The notes below the pieces were generated by a model. The model was not told where the DNA came from, made no database searches, and was given only the letters and a program-made list of their open reading frames with translations. Both the position numbers and the translations under genes were made by a program. Source: Nemertoderma westbladi (Eukaryota; Animalia; Xenacoelomorpha). Taken from it: a stretch of DNA of 62,244 nt. Shown in pieces: positions 1 through 14,207 of the stretch (the stretch's first letter is position 1; every line of letters begins with the position of its first letter). The stretch spans positions 1-62,244 of the forward strand of contig JAUCBJ010003542.1 of NCBI GenBank assembly GCA_032718475.1, read 5' to 3'.

Positions 1-949
1 ACTCGGTACAAAACTTACATTTTATGTCACAAAAGTTATAAACAGGTTTTTTTAATTTCAGCTCGCTTCGCTCGCATTTACGGTGTAAAACGAACTATAA
101 AGTCTAGGTAAGCCTTTTGTGTAGCGGTAAATTAGTCTATAAGAGATTTAGAAATTCTACTCATTGACAGACATCCATAATTCCTCTGTCAGCCGCTAGG
201 AGGAGTGACTAGATCCACTAATTTAACTGCTGTGTAAAGTTATCGTTTATTGTTGTTAGGAGTATTTAATAGAAATTAAATTCGACCAAATTGCCAATGG
301 GCAATGTAGACTGATAATATTGTTTTTGTTTCTTACCAAACCAAACAAAATGGCTCGAACCCACAACCTCTGGAATCAGAGATATAAATTTATGGCAGCG
401 GATTAAACCACAATGCCATGGTGGATCTAATAAATTTATAACATGGTTAAAGAATAAGGGCCATTTGACGATATATTTCAATAAAAGTTATTTCAGTAAA
501 ATTTCGGCTATGTAGACTATAAACATAGATAACTAAACTTACTCGAAAGTTGATTCGCAGGTTCCTTTATACCATTTTAAATTATACTGTGGAATTCTAA
601 AAGCGGAATTCTTAAGAATGTTAGCAATTTTGGTCAAAATTTTAAAATTACTGCATAGGGGCCTTGAAAAGGTTAAACAGCCCTGATTGTATTGAAACCA
701 TCCAATAATATTGACCACTCCATATTAATATAGACCCCCCCCCCCCCCCCCTTGGACGGACAATGCCATCAAAGGTCTTAAAGTCAGTATTTTTAGTTTC
801 GTTTTGTTTAAGGTTTTTTAGTTTAGTTTTGTGTGTAACATTTAACATTTAGTTTAACATTATAGGTTACTAAATTGCATATTGTATTCGTTTTTCATGT
901 TATTTCTATTTCTGCCGTTGGAAATTGCCTTTTATTGGTTTTAATTACT

Positions 950-2105
950 CAGCCCACAGCCCTGATAACCTTAATCCGGCCCGGGCCCCAGTCAACCCAA
1001 ACCTACAACCTGCTCTCATCTCTATGTCCAGGTCCACCATTGCCAACGAACCCGAGTGGAGATCAATCTCTGCTCTACCAACCCCTGTAACCCAGAGAAA
1101 GCTTTCCCACTCAGTGGACTCTGCCCTCCACACCCATCTCCTCGCCAAAGCTCCTGACCTCAGATCCCGGGCCCTTGCCAATTCCACGGCATTGCACCAT
1201 GCTGGGGAATGGCTTCAGGCTATCCCCTCTGAGAGTCTGGGCCTACACTTCCTGGACCAGGAATTCAGGCTCTTCCTGGTCTACTGGCTAGGTGTTTGCA
1301 TGGTCTCAGAACCAACCCCCTGTCCCATCCGCTCCTCTGCCTCTGACCCCTTTGGAGACCATCATGTTAGCTGTGGCGGTGAAGGAGACAGGATATCACG
1401 CCATGACTCACTCCGGAATGCTATCTTCCAAGGAGTTCAATCAGCAGCTCTAGCGCCCAGGAGTGAAGTCCCCGGCCTGATCCCTGGCTCCCGCAGTCGC
1501 CCTGCCGACATGTACCTTCCTAACTGGAAAAGGGGCCAGCCCGCATGGCACTAGATGTCACAGCTATCTCCCCTCTCCAGTCACGAACCCTCTCCCAAGC
1601 CGCCAGTACCCCTGGACATGCCCTCTCCATCGCCCGGGAACGCAAACTCACCGCCCACCTCGAGGTGTGCCGCAATTCGGTTGTGGGATTCACCCCTCTT
1701 GTGTTGGAAGCCCTGGTTGGATGGGACTCGGACTCCAGTGCAGTCCTCTGGGAAATCGCCCGTCTCCAGAGCCTCCGTCGAGGCATTCACGCTCCCGATG
1801 CGGCCAGGCACCTATTCCAACGCCTGTCCGTTACATTGTGGCGTAGGAATGCCGCGATGTGGCTCCGCAGAGGACCTGTTTCCCCCCCTCTGTGGATGGA
1901 TTCCAGTGACGCGAATTGCCCGGCCATTCGGGAACTCACTGGGTTCTTTCCATGAAGGCTTGTAAGTAGTTTAGTTTTTGTATGTGTTTACTCTGTACGC
2001 ACGAGTTTGATGCATGCTGTTCACAATATGTTTACCGGTCAGTTCTCAATTTATATTCATTAAAAATGTATTTTACTAACAAGTAAAAATTTTATTAAAA
2101 AAAAA
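950..2105 (+). mobile_element. 5'-truncated, frameshifted CRE-like non-LTR retrotransposon (C-terminal CCHC knuckle + restriction-like endonuclease)
   Basis: ORFs 925-1554 and 1545-1955 join by a frameshift. They carry AGEWLQAIP..LGL, C..D.FGDH..SC, RISRHD, RPAD, ALDVT, ERK and FTPLVLE..GW motifs typical of the CRE-clade RLE domain. An A-run follows at ~2097-2105. The 5' boundary is approximate. Confidence 0.8.
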
Positions 2106-5100
2106 CCATAACATAGGTTGTTAGTGGTCTTTCAGTTCAGGTAAAACAAGGCCATGCATACTGTTCCTACTGTACAATGTACAGCCAGCCCATAAAAGCC
2201 ATACTGCTGATCTACGCCAATGTGATACCCCCCTCCCGCCTACATGGAGCGCGCCCTTGGGAAGGTTTACAGCGATTTTATCTAAGGGATGATATGGAGA
2301 TGGAAGTTGTGAATGTGGATTCCGCTTGGGGTTATCGAGTGATGACGGCCCTTTTATGTTTTATCGTAACTATCAATTAATAGTAAATCTAAAAATAATA
2401 TTTTAATAAATTTTGTTTTTATAAATTTACTCTTTTTATTTTCTTTCTCAAAAAATCTATGGTGCGCGGCGCCACGCGACCCTATTGTGGATCCGCGCCT
2501 GACGAGAGAGAGCGCCTACGTCAAGAACGGGGTTAGTCGGAGTAGAGTAAGTACTGTGTAGGCAAAGTACAATTTGCCTTAAACACGAAACTACGGAGGC
2601 AACCTAATGAATGACTCCTCTCTCTTGGCTTTTACCTGTAAGGCAAGGGGGACGACATACTAACTCCTCAGTACGATTTATCTCACTATCCAACCCCTTT
2701 CTTTATACTGGGGTGTTCCATGTCTGGCGCTCGAACTCACGTCATATAGGTAGGTAAGAAGACCGATCATATATAGATGGGCTAACCACCTTAAGTTCCA
2801 GAAGGTATTGTACTATGAAGTAATCGATGTAGAAAGTTAATCGGTGTATTACTTATGCACGTTTGCATCATGCATGGAGGATGGGTCGTTTTGAGATTTA
2901 ATTTTGGAGAAATAAACCTTTCTTCAAATTAAACATTTCCATTCTCGAATTATATACTATATAATAGTGGGTTAGGTGTGAGAGCTACAGGGTCGGAATT
3001 CCTTCCAAAAATCACGGTAACCGAGAGAAAGCCGCCCCAATATTAGATTATAACAACAACCAGCCCGACGTTTAATTTAGTTTATATTACACGATCAATG
3101 TTCACTCGTCATTAACCCAAAATGTATGTAAACTTTTGTTAAATTTGTTGGCTATGCGTTTGCGGCTGTTTGGACGGGCGTGTGGTACACTTTTCACATT
3201 GAAACCATGTTAAACCAATCATAGATTTTTAAGTTATATTTTATTATGGGAGGAAGAAGAACATAGAACGTTATTTAATGTATGTAACGAAATAATTGTT
3301 TTGGGGTTTAACTTGGAAGCCTCCCCAAATATTTGATAAATTATATTTAACATTATTTCCATGGTCATGGCAGCATGGTCATTCACCCGTCTTTCGTTAG
3401 AATTTTGTTCGCATGAAAGACAGTTTAGAGTTCTATATTAATGATTATTATCTCTTATCTGACTGGAGTAATAATATAGTATAGGATAAATGGAAGCAAG
3501 GTGTGACAGTAACAAATATTTCCCCGACACCCGAGCGTATCTAACTTCCACCTTACACTAAATCCCAATAGTTAATTCGGTCGGACAAGTAAACGAGAAA
3601 TAATAATTTTTTTAGATCCAAATGGAAATTCTAAAAACGAATCCGTGTTGGGATTCGTGGGTAGGGTATACCCTTCCCACGAAACTGGCGTGCATTCAGT
3701 TAATTGCGACCATGCGATGGTGCTCTTACCATGAACTAGTACTTTCGGTAAATATCAAGCATCACATTAAACTATCGGCCCATGTGAAGTGCACCCGACT
3801 TTCTGTTGTTATTACACTTTGCTTGCAGTTTACCCCGATGTGAAAAATACTAGGGCCTTGGTTATTCACCCAGTATACACCTTTACAGTAGGGCTGAATC
3901 TAACCAAAACAATAAACGAGTTAGTATTTGTACAGGTTGTAATATATGATGGAAATAAGCGCTATAAAACACTTATAATAAGGATAAACATAAAGTAAAA
4001 TACAAATTCTTCCGAAAAGTGAAAACCTGGCATTCTTAACACTAACACAATAAAAAAAGGGGGGGGGGGGGGGGGGTCGGTGTTGTGAAAATGCAGACAT
4101 GATAGCGAATTTGAGCGCCGGTGCTCAAAGGCATCCCCACAAAATGTAGTTAGAAAAAAAGTAAATTGTTGTTCACCGGTGCACAATCCGCAGTAACCAG
4201 TGGTTTCGGAAATGGTTACAATGGTTATAAGGAAATATTTCATATACAAATAAATATGTTAAATTTATTATAATATATCCAAAGAAACCTAGTATATTTA
4301 CTTCGCGTATGATAAACCAAATTATAATAAAAGCACAATAAAATGAATTCAAAATACCTGTAACAACTAAAACAACTTGAAAAAGGACGCAGCTAAAAAC
4401 AAAAGCATCATATTATAAATATTATTTAAATAAAAAGATACCAGATAATGACTGGAATGATAACAGAACACTATAATTAAGTTAAGGAAGGAGAAATTTA
4501 AAGGAACTGAAAACACATCACGAACTCAGCAAAGAGAGACAAACTAAATTAGATTATTAAATATAAATTTAACCCCAAATAGATATAGATAATTCAATAA
4601 CACAGATGAAAGTGAAGAGAAGATCCCCCCCAGAGGGGCACGGTAGTGGAGTGGCAATGGTTTCAGATTATCGAATTAGATTTTTGAAAATGGAAAAGAA
4701 ATCCATTGTTCAATAAATTGTATTGAGATGCTGTTTAGGGTAAAATCAACCGTTGAAGTTAATTTTGAAAATATTTGATTTCGTTAATCGCCAATAAAGA
4801 TGCCAATTAAAGACAGTTACAGTGACGGTCTCTTCTAACCAAAACAACAAACTACATTTAGAATCACAGTTTATAGTTAAATTTGTTCTTCGAGATAATA
4901 ATCTTTAGTTATCGTTATCCACTACAACCACTGCATGACTCGCCTCACATATGAAGTAATCTATTAATTAATCAGCAGTAACTGTAAGATAATGAGAGTT
5001 ATAAACATATTAAAACAAAAATGAATGAGTGGTATAATTTACAATTAAAATCAAATACATTTCAAAGTATATAATAGTCAAATAGTGCTTCAATATTGTT

Positions 5101-6642
5101 ATGGATTATGACACGAACATTAAAAAAAAATGAAAGTAACACGCTGCACCTACACAACACAGACTCACTGACTAAAAGTAAATCAGGTCTCACAAAATCC
5201 CAAAGAGAAACGATTTATTGCAATATAGGCCGATAAACAGACTTACCTGGGTTTTTGCGGTGTGTTTAAGGCCCGAGTAGCCCCCCCCCCCTCCCCCCAT
5301 ATAGTATAATTTAATGAGGATTTCATATCTGTACACAGCTTAGCGAGACCTCTTTTAGTTCTAGATTTATCGCTGTTTTTCCGTATGACGGTCTATCCGT
5401 CAAATTGTAAGAAAGACAACTTGACAGACAAACTAGATTCAAGTAAACCTTAATACTGACATCGGAAAAGAAATCAGCGACCCCGAAACCCCCATAATGA
5501 AAGTTCTAGCTCGGTGATGTGCTTCTGTCGTGCCACAAATGATTCACCAACCAGACCACAGACAACCAGTTATGGCGGGAATGTTTATACTTTGAAGGCA
5601 ATTATCTCGGAATGACATTTTTCACTCCTCCGCCATTTTCAACCAATTTTCTAAATTTTTGGCACATTTGAAAGGGTTTCGGCAGTTCTTTAATAGTTTT
5701 CGGCTGGAATTTTTATATTTCTGTTTGTACTGACAATTTTTCATATAACAGCCAAAAATTTGCAAAAATTTTGTCAAATTTTCATAAATATTAATTAATA
5801 TTTTTATTAATTTTCATAAAAACGTAAATGCAAAACTAACAATTTTAACTGATAACTTTTGTGGAGTTTACCTCCGTTATTCGAAAAACATTGTTTCAGC
5901 CAATTTCATGTCAGATTGACTAGTTAGCATCTTAACCGCTATTCGTGTTCCATTCAATGGCAGCTAGAGGGCGACTGGAAATTTGAAAATTTTGCGACTG
6001 GTAATATGAAATTTTTTCGAAAAATCAATATTTTAGCCATATTTTAAAGGCGCATACTGTATAAAATCAAAATATTTTTAAATTGTAGAGATTTTTAGAA
6101 ATTGTAGACATATCAATAAAGTTGGGGGGGGGGGGGGGGGGGGGGGGTACTCCGGCCTTAATGTGATTGACGGTGGCGCAAACAGTTAATGACGCCTGAC
6201 TCGGGTTTTATACTTTGATAATTAGGTTAATATACAGACAGAATAAATTTTAGACGTAACTGTTTCGATTAGTTTATGATCCGGATATGTTGTGAACCTT
6301 CAGAAGATCTTTAATTAAATTGAGTTGTTGTACGACCTGTTCTAGGGATTGTTATCGATTTGGTTAGAGTTTAATCCATTAACTTAGGCGTTTTCGAGAT
6401 ATTCCAAAGGATTACGGAAGTTACATATCACAAATAATTCACAGCCTAAAACGTAACTGCATAATTATTCAATTTACTTAAAAAAAAGGTAGCAAAAAAA
6501 AATAGAAAATTAACAACCTAGAATGTTATAGGTTTGGCAGCAGCGCCCTCGTTTTGCAAACCTTACCCGTGTGAAACGCTGGATATAGGCAAAAAATATT
6601 ACATTTACCTAACTAACTACTATTAAAAACCATTGCACGAAT

Positions 6643-6938
6643 TCAGGAAGGCCCTGCAGTTTCCTTACTCTTACTAATATAAGCATCAATAACACACAGC
6701 TGGGCCTTCAGTTCCTTATAATCCTTATACTGCTTCGATAAAGGTTGTCGGTCATCTTTTGTCAGTTTCCGTCCTTCACTTCTTGCGAAGTCGTCCTCGA
6801 ATTCTTTGAGTAATTTACGCAATCTCCGTTTCTGCGAACGAATTTGCGATTGTTTAAATTTGAGATCGTCGAGGGAATGCAAGGACGTACTGGCGAGGAT
6901 ACTGTCCAAAAGTTTCTGGTCCCCGTCGAAACTTACAG
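6643..6938 (-). CDS. FAM13: FAM13-like RhoGAP, terminal exon
   Basis: Acceptor ttccctttcAG (AG at 6940-6939) is phase 1, matching the donor at 10115. It encodes KRRLRKLLKEFEDDF..EGRKLTKDDRQP..QYKDYKELKAQL, the conserved FAM13 C-terminal helix. Confidence 0.88.
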
Positions 6939-8528
6939 CTGAAAGGGAAATATATATATAACTACAGTATAGTTTAATATTATTTAAATACATCAATGTC
7001 AATAAAATAATAAATTTATACAAATATGAGTAATATGTTGAAAACTAATAAAGGCTAGAGGTGGCAAAAATAAAAAATTTATAAATAAAAGGTCCTCTGA
7101 TGATTAATTTAATCAAAATTTTAACAAAAAAAACAACCTCATTTTTTTATTTATTTCTGGCTGTTCAACAAATATTTATATCTCTTAAATAGCTGGCCAT
7201 TCATAGAGCTTTCAGATTAGAGAATAACATTGCCTTAATTTGTAAACAACGGATATCAGAAGCCAATGTCGAAAATATCCATTCCAGAACTTATAATTAT
7301 TTAACATGAGGTAAACTCGCCCGGGCTACCCATACTGGGCCCGGTTAAAATACAGCTATAAGCTCTTACCGTTGTAAATTTGTTGTAAGTTACCTTTTTT
7401 GTCAAATTCGTTAACAAGTTTGACAAAAAAATTACACTTTTTTGATGACAAAAAAATAAATGCTGAATTAAATTTCAAAGTATTTTCCATGACATTATTG
7501 ACATTAATAATAATATTGCATTTAAATAGATAGCGCTGATGGTATCCACAGGTTATTTAATATTCTAGAATATTATAATATCATATTAGTGCCTATATTA
7601 CCTAAATATACATTCTATTTTCTATCTCGCTTTAGTTATTTCCCTATCACTGATATAATCTTCATGGAAGATATATATTTATATATTTTTTTAAAGTGAC
7701 TTAGAACAAAATAAAACAACATAAGTGGTGACAAAAAGTAAACATTTTTGTCTTGCTTTCTTATTTATCTCGCTACGCTCGCCAAATAAAAACAGTCTTT
7801 TTTGCCACCACTTAAATAGTTTAAAGTGTACAGTAATGTTTAAAAGAAAACGTTAGCAAAAAAGTGGTTTTAAAATATAGCAACGTGTCATTTCCATGTA
7901 ATAAATAGGAAATTATTACTGTTACAATAAATATTGTAAAGTATTTGAAAAGTTATTTTGAAATATGTTATTTACGTTTAAACTGTTAACCACATAGCCA
8001 GAAACCTTTTAAAGAGTCCTAGGCCTATTCAGTTTGTTGTTTATTTAGTTTATATTCGAATTCGGACTTTTCGGGATTTCCGGGATCGGGACCGGGATTA
8101 TCACTCTCGGGATCCCGATTTTCGGGATGGGGATTGCAATTTTGGATTAAATTCCCTTAAAGTGGCGGGTTTTGGGTAGCACTCACTCTTACACTTCTGA
8201 AATATTAGTAAGATAAAGTTATATTAAAATATCTTATAATTGATTACTGGATGGTTTACTGAAATAAAAATTAGAGAAAAATCAAAACATTTCCGTCGTG
8301 CTGGAATTTTTTTTAGATGTTCCACAAATTAATTTAACCATTTAAACTTCGGGATCCCGTTCCAATAAAGTCGGAATCGGGATTGGATATTTCGCTGGGA
8401 TTCGGGTAAGTGTAAAGTCTAATTGGTTTGCCAATATATTTTCAATCGTTATATCGCAGTTGCACATAATTTCTCCGTATGTCACTACGCCAGCAGCGCG
8501 TATACGGCCAGTATAGGTCAGTATGCAG

Positions 8529-9719
8529 TAGGGATGCGACAGAGCTAAAATTTCATCCGGAGCCGGAGCCCGGAGGTTCCTCCGGATTACAATATGAGCT
8601 CCGGCCGGAGACGGAGCCGGAGCCGGAGGTTTGGTGATTGATAATTCCAGTGTATTATTATAGTAGACATAAACAGATATGTGTCCATGAGACATGGGGG
8701 GGGGGGGGGGGGGGGGGATTTGATGCAATTTCTTACGCGGCGAATTAATATCTCGCCTCAATGTTAAATTATCAATTAAGGGAAATGAGCAATTTACAGT
8801 CGCATACTATTATAATCAAAACAATAAACTAACTATATTCAATATAACAGGTTACAGTTTTTTTGTAGTAATCAGCAGTTATATGCGTCGATTTTCCCCT
8901 GGAGAGGGAAGGGATGAATTTATATTGCGTCCAAAGACTCCCTGCTGTAAAATGGTACATCAACCAATGGGTATCGTGACGAAGCCAAAAAACTATATGG
9001 GGGGGGGGGGGGGGGTGATACTCTACCGACATCAAAACAACGCAGGACATTATTATGACCATCGCTAATTATGTCTATAATTTATGTCAGGTAATACGTC
9101 ATAGGTCCTATAGTCGTTAGGTCCCGTGACATAATGTCCTGCGACAATAGATCCTTAGTTACAACAGCTATGATTACTAGTATAAAATTAATCTGTAACA
9201 TGTGCTATCGAGTCTCGTTTATTGTTTTGGTTAGAATAATACCGGTCCGTCACTATATAACCTGCACCCTTCTCGACTGAAAAAACGACATGAACAGTAC
9301 CAACCTGTTGTGGGATGGGGGTGGGGGTCAGTGGAATTGGGGTTCTATAGACTGACGAACGAAACGGAGTACATGTACAGTATTTAATATTTTTAATTAG
9401 GGAAGAATATTAATTGAATTAACTGAATCATTTCAATGTTTTTGTTTAAACATTTAAACAATTTCACAAGGGTGGGTGGGGGTTTATTAGGAAACTTAAA
9501 AAAACAAGCTGTAAATTACTTAATGAGTTATTATGTTAATTACTATGATATTTACATTATTCATACATCAGAAAAACTTATTATTTTAATTCAAATTTCA
9601 ACAACATAAGCTCCGGATTGGCTCCGGGTTAATTTGCCCGGAGCCGGAACCAGAGCCGGAACTAGAAAATTGGCCCGGAGCTCCGGATTTCCGGAGGCCG
9701 GAGCTCTGTCGCATCCCTA
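8529..9719. mobile_element. Non-autonomous hAT-like element (MITE) in the FAM13 intron
   Basis: 18-bp TIR TAGGGATGCGACAGAGCT, 8-bp TSD GTATGCAG (8521-8528 / 9720-9727), and subterminal GCCGGA repeats at both ends. Confidence 0.9.
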
Positions 9720-10115
9720 GTATGCAGTCAGATGATTTGTTTTGGATAGTAAAATTTTAGGAAAAAATCAAAATAAAAAATAGACTCGGTTAGAATAGAT
9801 TCGGATATAGACTTTACTTAAAGCAATTTATGGATTTTAATTACCGAAAAATTGCCCGACAATTATAACAAACTCAATTAAATTCGTGCTTTTTTGTGTT
9901 TGTTTAGGTCTTTGATTACCTATCTTACTTCATTATAGTACAATATAATTTATAAGAATAATAACAATACTAACATCATATAAATTAAAATTAATTAAGT
10001 AAATATATACTATTAATCAAATCCGGATCGTGGTAAATATTCCATTATCATTAACAACGATTAAATAAAACCTTTGAGTATCACTAAGAGATTCCTTTAC
10101 AGATACGGAACTCAC

Positions 10116-12060
10116 CTTCAGTGGAATGTGCGGTTGCCGGAGTAACGAATTCGGAGAAGGAGTGTCTCTCCCTAACGGCCTCCTGCAGGGCCAACAATCG
10201 CTTCACCGCTCGGTACCGGTCGTATATCGCCTTCACGACCTCCTTCGCGTGTCGGGAGTTCGGTCTACCAAATATACTCTCTATATAGAGTAAATCCTTC
10301 TGCAAGGAGACCTTCTCGGCCTTAACTTGGAGCGGCGTCATCGCGTTGATGTTGTCCGGCCGTCCGGCCGAGCGCCGCTTTTCGCGCTGTCCAATAATCG
10401 TCTCCTCCACCAGCCGGGACAAGTCGCAACCGGAGTCGGAGTCGGAACCCTCGTGGTCGTCGCCGTAGGTGAGCGCGGGTTGGGAGGATGAGCGGTGGTG
10501 GTGGTTGCTACGGACCGACTCGGTTACTGTGGTCGCGTCGTCGCTGACCGACGGGGCCCCGGACGACGCCCGCGAGGGGCGGAGGGCGGGAACCTTCGTT
10601 AACGTCGTTACGTTGGCATCCAATTTCGAGTTGATCTGAGTTTCCAAACCCTCATCGCTCTGCGCGGTACTTCTTTCATCCTTCTCGGTTACTTTCAGTT
10701 TCGATTTATAACTAGAATTAATATCCTTCTGTTCGCTATAAATATCTTTGGATGAGGAACACAGGAAGGGTTTCGGTTTGTATTCGTCGACCAGCGACTG
10801 ATACGGCGTATCCCACGTTCGCGTATTAGACACCGTATCACGCGTATCCGACACCGTATCCGGGACGGTATCCTGTGTATCCGACCTCGCAATCCCGGAG
10901 GAACTCGGAATGTCCGACTCGACCCGATCGGTATCGATAAGTTGCGAGTCGTCGACGGAACCCCGAGAGGGGATCCTCCGGTTGGCCGGCGGCTGGGGGC
11001 GCTGCGAGGTCAACGACCTCAGGGTGACCGCGTTGTTACACAGCACGTCTACGTTACAGTCCCCGGGTAGGTTCCCTACGGAGCCCTCGCTCCCGTTGGT
11101 GTCAGTATCGAGCTTACGACTGTCGATCTCCTTTAGGACTTCCTCGGCGAACGAGTCGCCCATTATATGGCGGACCGGACCGCCGAACAGTCGTTGCGAC
11201 ACCAACTCCTCGATGCAGTTGGAAAGCGCCGCGGAATTACCGGTCGAGGAAGGAGAAGCACCGAATGAGTCGTCGTTAAACGTGAGATCGTCCAGGGCGA
11301 AAGGAGAATCTACGTTGGAGCGAACCGGCGTCGCCGAGTCCGAATCGATCGGGTAGAACGAGAGATTGTCGTCGCCGGACCAGTTATCGTAAACGCTGCG
11401 ACGCGACGCAACCTTCTGCTCGAACAACACGGAGAATCCCTGGATGAACTTCTGGGTGAGTTGGTTGGTGATCCCTTGTTCCCGTAGCCCGTCGATTCCG
11501 TCGCCCACCCGGAATAAATTCGGCCCGAAAACGATGCCGAGCGCGGTGAAGGACATTTTATTGGTGGGCTCGTGAGCCACTACAACGAGGAATTGCACGA
11601 GATACCTCAAAACGCGGTAGTTTTCAGGTGGAAGTCGTTGCAGAAGATCGCGGATTTTCCCATCGAGAATTGCTCCTGCCGTGTTACTTTTGATGTGTTC
11701 TTCAAAAACGGTAATAAAGTGACCGTGTAAAGAGGGGGGTATAATCGGCTCAGGGAGTTCTCTCAGGAATAGTTTAAGCAGAGAGGCGCACGCAGTCACG
11801 TCACATAATCCGTCGAAACTTGAGTCGCCAAATTGATCGAAATCGTTTTTCAATTTCTCAACAAGACGCGCGCTGCTGTTCACACGGAATAAACCCTCGC
11901 TCCCCAACCCGTGTTTAGTTATAAATGTAATGCATTTCTCTAGAATATGCGGGATCTCAGATCCGTTCAGTTCGCATAAAGTCTTAAGAGAAACACCAAA
12001 TGTTCGGTAAGTTACAGGAGATTTCTTCATGGAGGACGGGGACAGTTTATTTCGCGGCAT
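10116..12060 (-). CDS. FAM13: FAM13-like RhoGAP, large first coding exon (spliced product about 746 aa if no further exons)
   Basis: N-terminal RhoGAP domain (FGVSL, EGLFRV arginine finger, ASLLKLFLRELPEP, NKM..ALGIVFGPNLF) and FAM13 motif EKVSLQKDLLYIESIFGRP..YDRYRAVK. Donor GAAG|GTGAGT at 10116/10115. Confidence 0.9.
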
Positions 12061-12355
12061 ATTAAAAATGTAACTGTCGGACCCAAATCAGCAAATGATA
12101 CCGGTATAGAAGAGCAGCCAAGAGCCAACCACTTGCTGGTTCGGTTAGTCAATCAAATAACATATGAACATATGAATATTAAATATGAAATGATAGGCCT
12201 ATCTGCCTATATGAATAGGTAAATAAATATTAAATATATAACGGCATATAAAGGATAAATTTAGAGACCGCCTAACAGATCTGTTACAGCTCTACATTTT
12301 CTCGGGTACCCTATTCTCATTGTTTATTCAAAAGGATAGGGTTTCCGTTTCCCTG

Positions 12356-12526
12356 TCGAAATCCTAGACAAAAAGTGTCTTAAACCCCAACCCTACCTGG
12401 TGCTGGTACCCTCATTCTAACCCGAATTGGAACCCTGAAATTACATTTAAGGTTAAGCCATTTTGAGGCCGAAGGGCTCAAAATGGCTTAAATGTGATTT
12501 AAAACACTTTTTGTCTAGGGTTTCGA
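12356..12526. repeat. Nested inverted repeat / MITE-like hairpin upstream of FAM13
   Basis: ~29-bp imperfect arms (12356-12385 vs 12498-12526) enclose a perfect 15-bp stem TTAAGCCATTTTGAG/CTCAAAATGGCTTAA at 12453-12491. Confidence 0.7.
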
Positions 12527-13157
12527 TTGCCGAATTACTAAATAAGCATTTCGGGTTCCATCACATTTGAGGCACAGTGACAAACACCTTTCCGCAGTGG
12601 CCATTTTTGAACCAATTTGTCTCAAATTTTACACAGACACTCTCTGGCCTATGTATAACTTCATAGAAAAAAAAATTTTAAATTAGGCGATTTTCCGCTT
12701 CGAGCAGCACGATAGAAAATCATGAGTTTATGGCATTTTTTTTCGAAAAGTCAATTTTGCCTATTTTCAAATGCGCACCATTTCCTCAATTTTCCTTCAA
12801 TTTGCCGGAAAATCTACAGACAGACACTCCAGGTCGTGTATTTAATGTGATGTAAATTTACGGCTGCAGAGGACGCTGTGCCCTTCGCGCAGCACGTGAA
12901 AAAAAACTGTCTTTTCTAGAAAAAAAACTTCGTAATTTGACCACTGTCAGTACTACCTGACTACTGCGACTGCCCTGCCAGTACCAGACAACCGCACTAC
13001 AGCACTACCGGAACCGGACCGGTACCTACTGCGCTGTAAGTAGGCAATCAATTAATAGTCAAATAATATTTTAAATGGCGATGTTCAATTGTACCGACGG
13101 GCCGTCCCCGTCGGTAGGTCTACAATTTTTGACAGTTTAAGTGCCTTGACTCCTTGA

Positions 13158-14207
13158 ATTCACTCCATGAGGCTGCCAAAGTACAAGATAATGTACTGGC
13201 TGGTCCTCACGGCGAAAGCAATGTCCTGCAAAGTGGAGGCGATTTTGTTCTAGTGTCAAGCTTGGGGGAACCAATGAGACACCTCCAATGTTATATAGTG
13301 TCTGGTTGGAGATGTGTGCATTGTACTTGACACAATGAACCCGGCGTAGCATTCTTGTGAATGTGCCATCCAGAGATTTGGTGTCCTCAGCAGTTAGAGC
13401 CCAGCATGGACTCCCATAGAGGAGTACTGGAACTATTGCTGCTCTAAATAATCGGACCTTAAGTTTCCGATTAATTCTCGGTGACTTCCAAATCCTGGAA
13501 AGCCTATTCAAGGCTGCCCATGCCTTTCCCTTACGTATTCGAAGGTCCTTACCTGACTTCCGGATCCATGATCCCAGGTAACAGAAGTCATCCACATGCT
13601 CAAGCATACCATCCTTTGAGCTTATGCTCATCCGATCAGAGACTTGCTGAGGACTTTCAAAGTTAACTGTCAAAGTCTTTCTGGAGTTAATAAAAAGACC
13701 AACACTAGAAGCAGCATGTTCTCATGAGCTGAGGAGCCGTTGGGCGCCCTCTAGTACAGTAGTGATTCTGAGAGTACTCCTAAGTCATCAGCAAATCAGT
13801 TAGGTACTTGGCAGGATTTCCTCGACTTCTGGAGCCAGTAGGTCTGTAGGTGGAGTTATCATCACCCCATCATCATTATGATTATCTAAGGACATGCGTA
13901 GAACATAGTCAACCACAACTATGAACAAGAATGGTGCAAGTGTGTCTTCCTGGAGGACGCCCCATAACACTTCAAATGGTTCTGTGTCACCGTCAACAGT
14001 AGACACAAATGTTGTCGAACCATTGTATAGGCCTACTGATCTGATTGCTGCAATAATTTCATCAGGAATTCCATATAATGAAAGTATGCTGAACATGCGT
14101 GAGCGAGAGACTGAATCAAAGGCCTTGAAGAAGTCAACAAAGATAACAGCCAGATGCCTGTCTTTCTTTTTTGATAACTCTTCAATTGTCCTTCTAAGTG
14201 CCAAAAT
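13158..14207 (-). mobile_element. RTE-clade LINE internal fragment (reverse transcriptase, disrupted)
   Basis: ILALRR..EE, FVDFFKAFDSV, GVLQ.DTLAPFLF, F.YLGS, VLLYGS motifs with frameshifts. Nearly identical to 31900-32680. Truncated at both ends. Confidence 0.9.

Noticed and set aside
9345-9375. Hammerhead ribozyme core (CTGACGA..GAAAC)
   Set aside because: No room for stem II and no supporting flanking helices seen.
10084-12060. FAM13 as a single-exon 658-aa ORF
   Set aside because: A strong donor at 10115 and a phase-matched downstream exon supply the conserved C-terminus.
12573-12948. Transib-like element (CACAGTG ... CACTGTC)
   Set aside because: Termini are imperfect and there is no target duplication.
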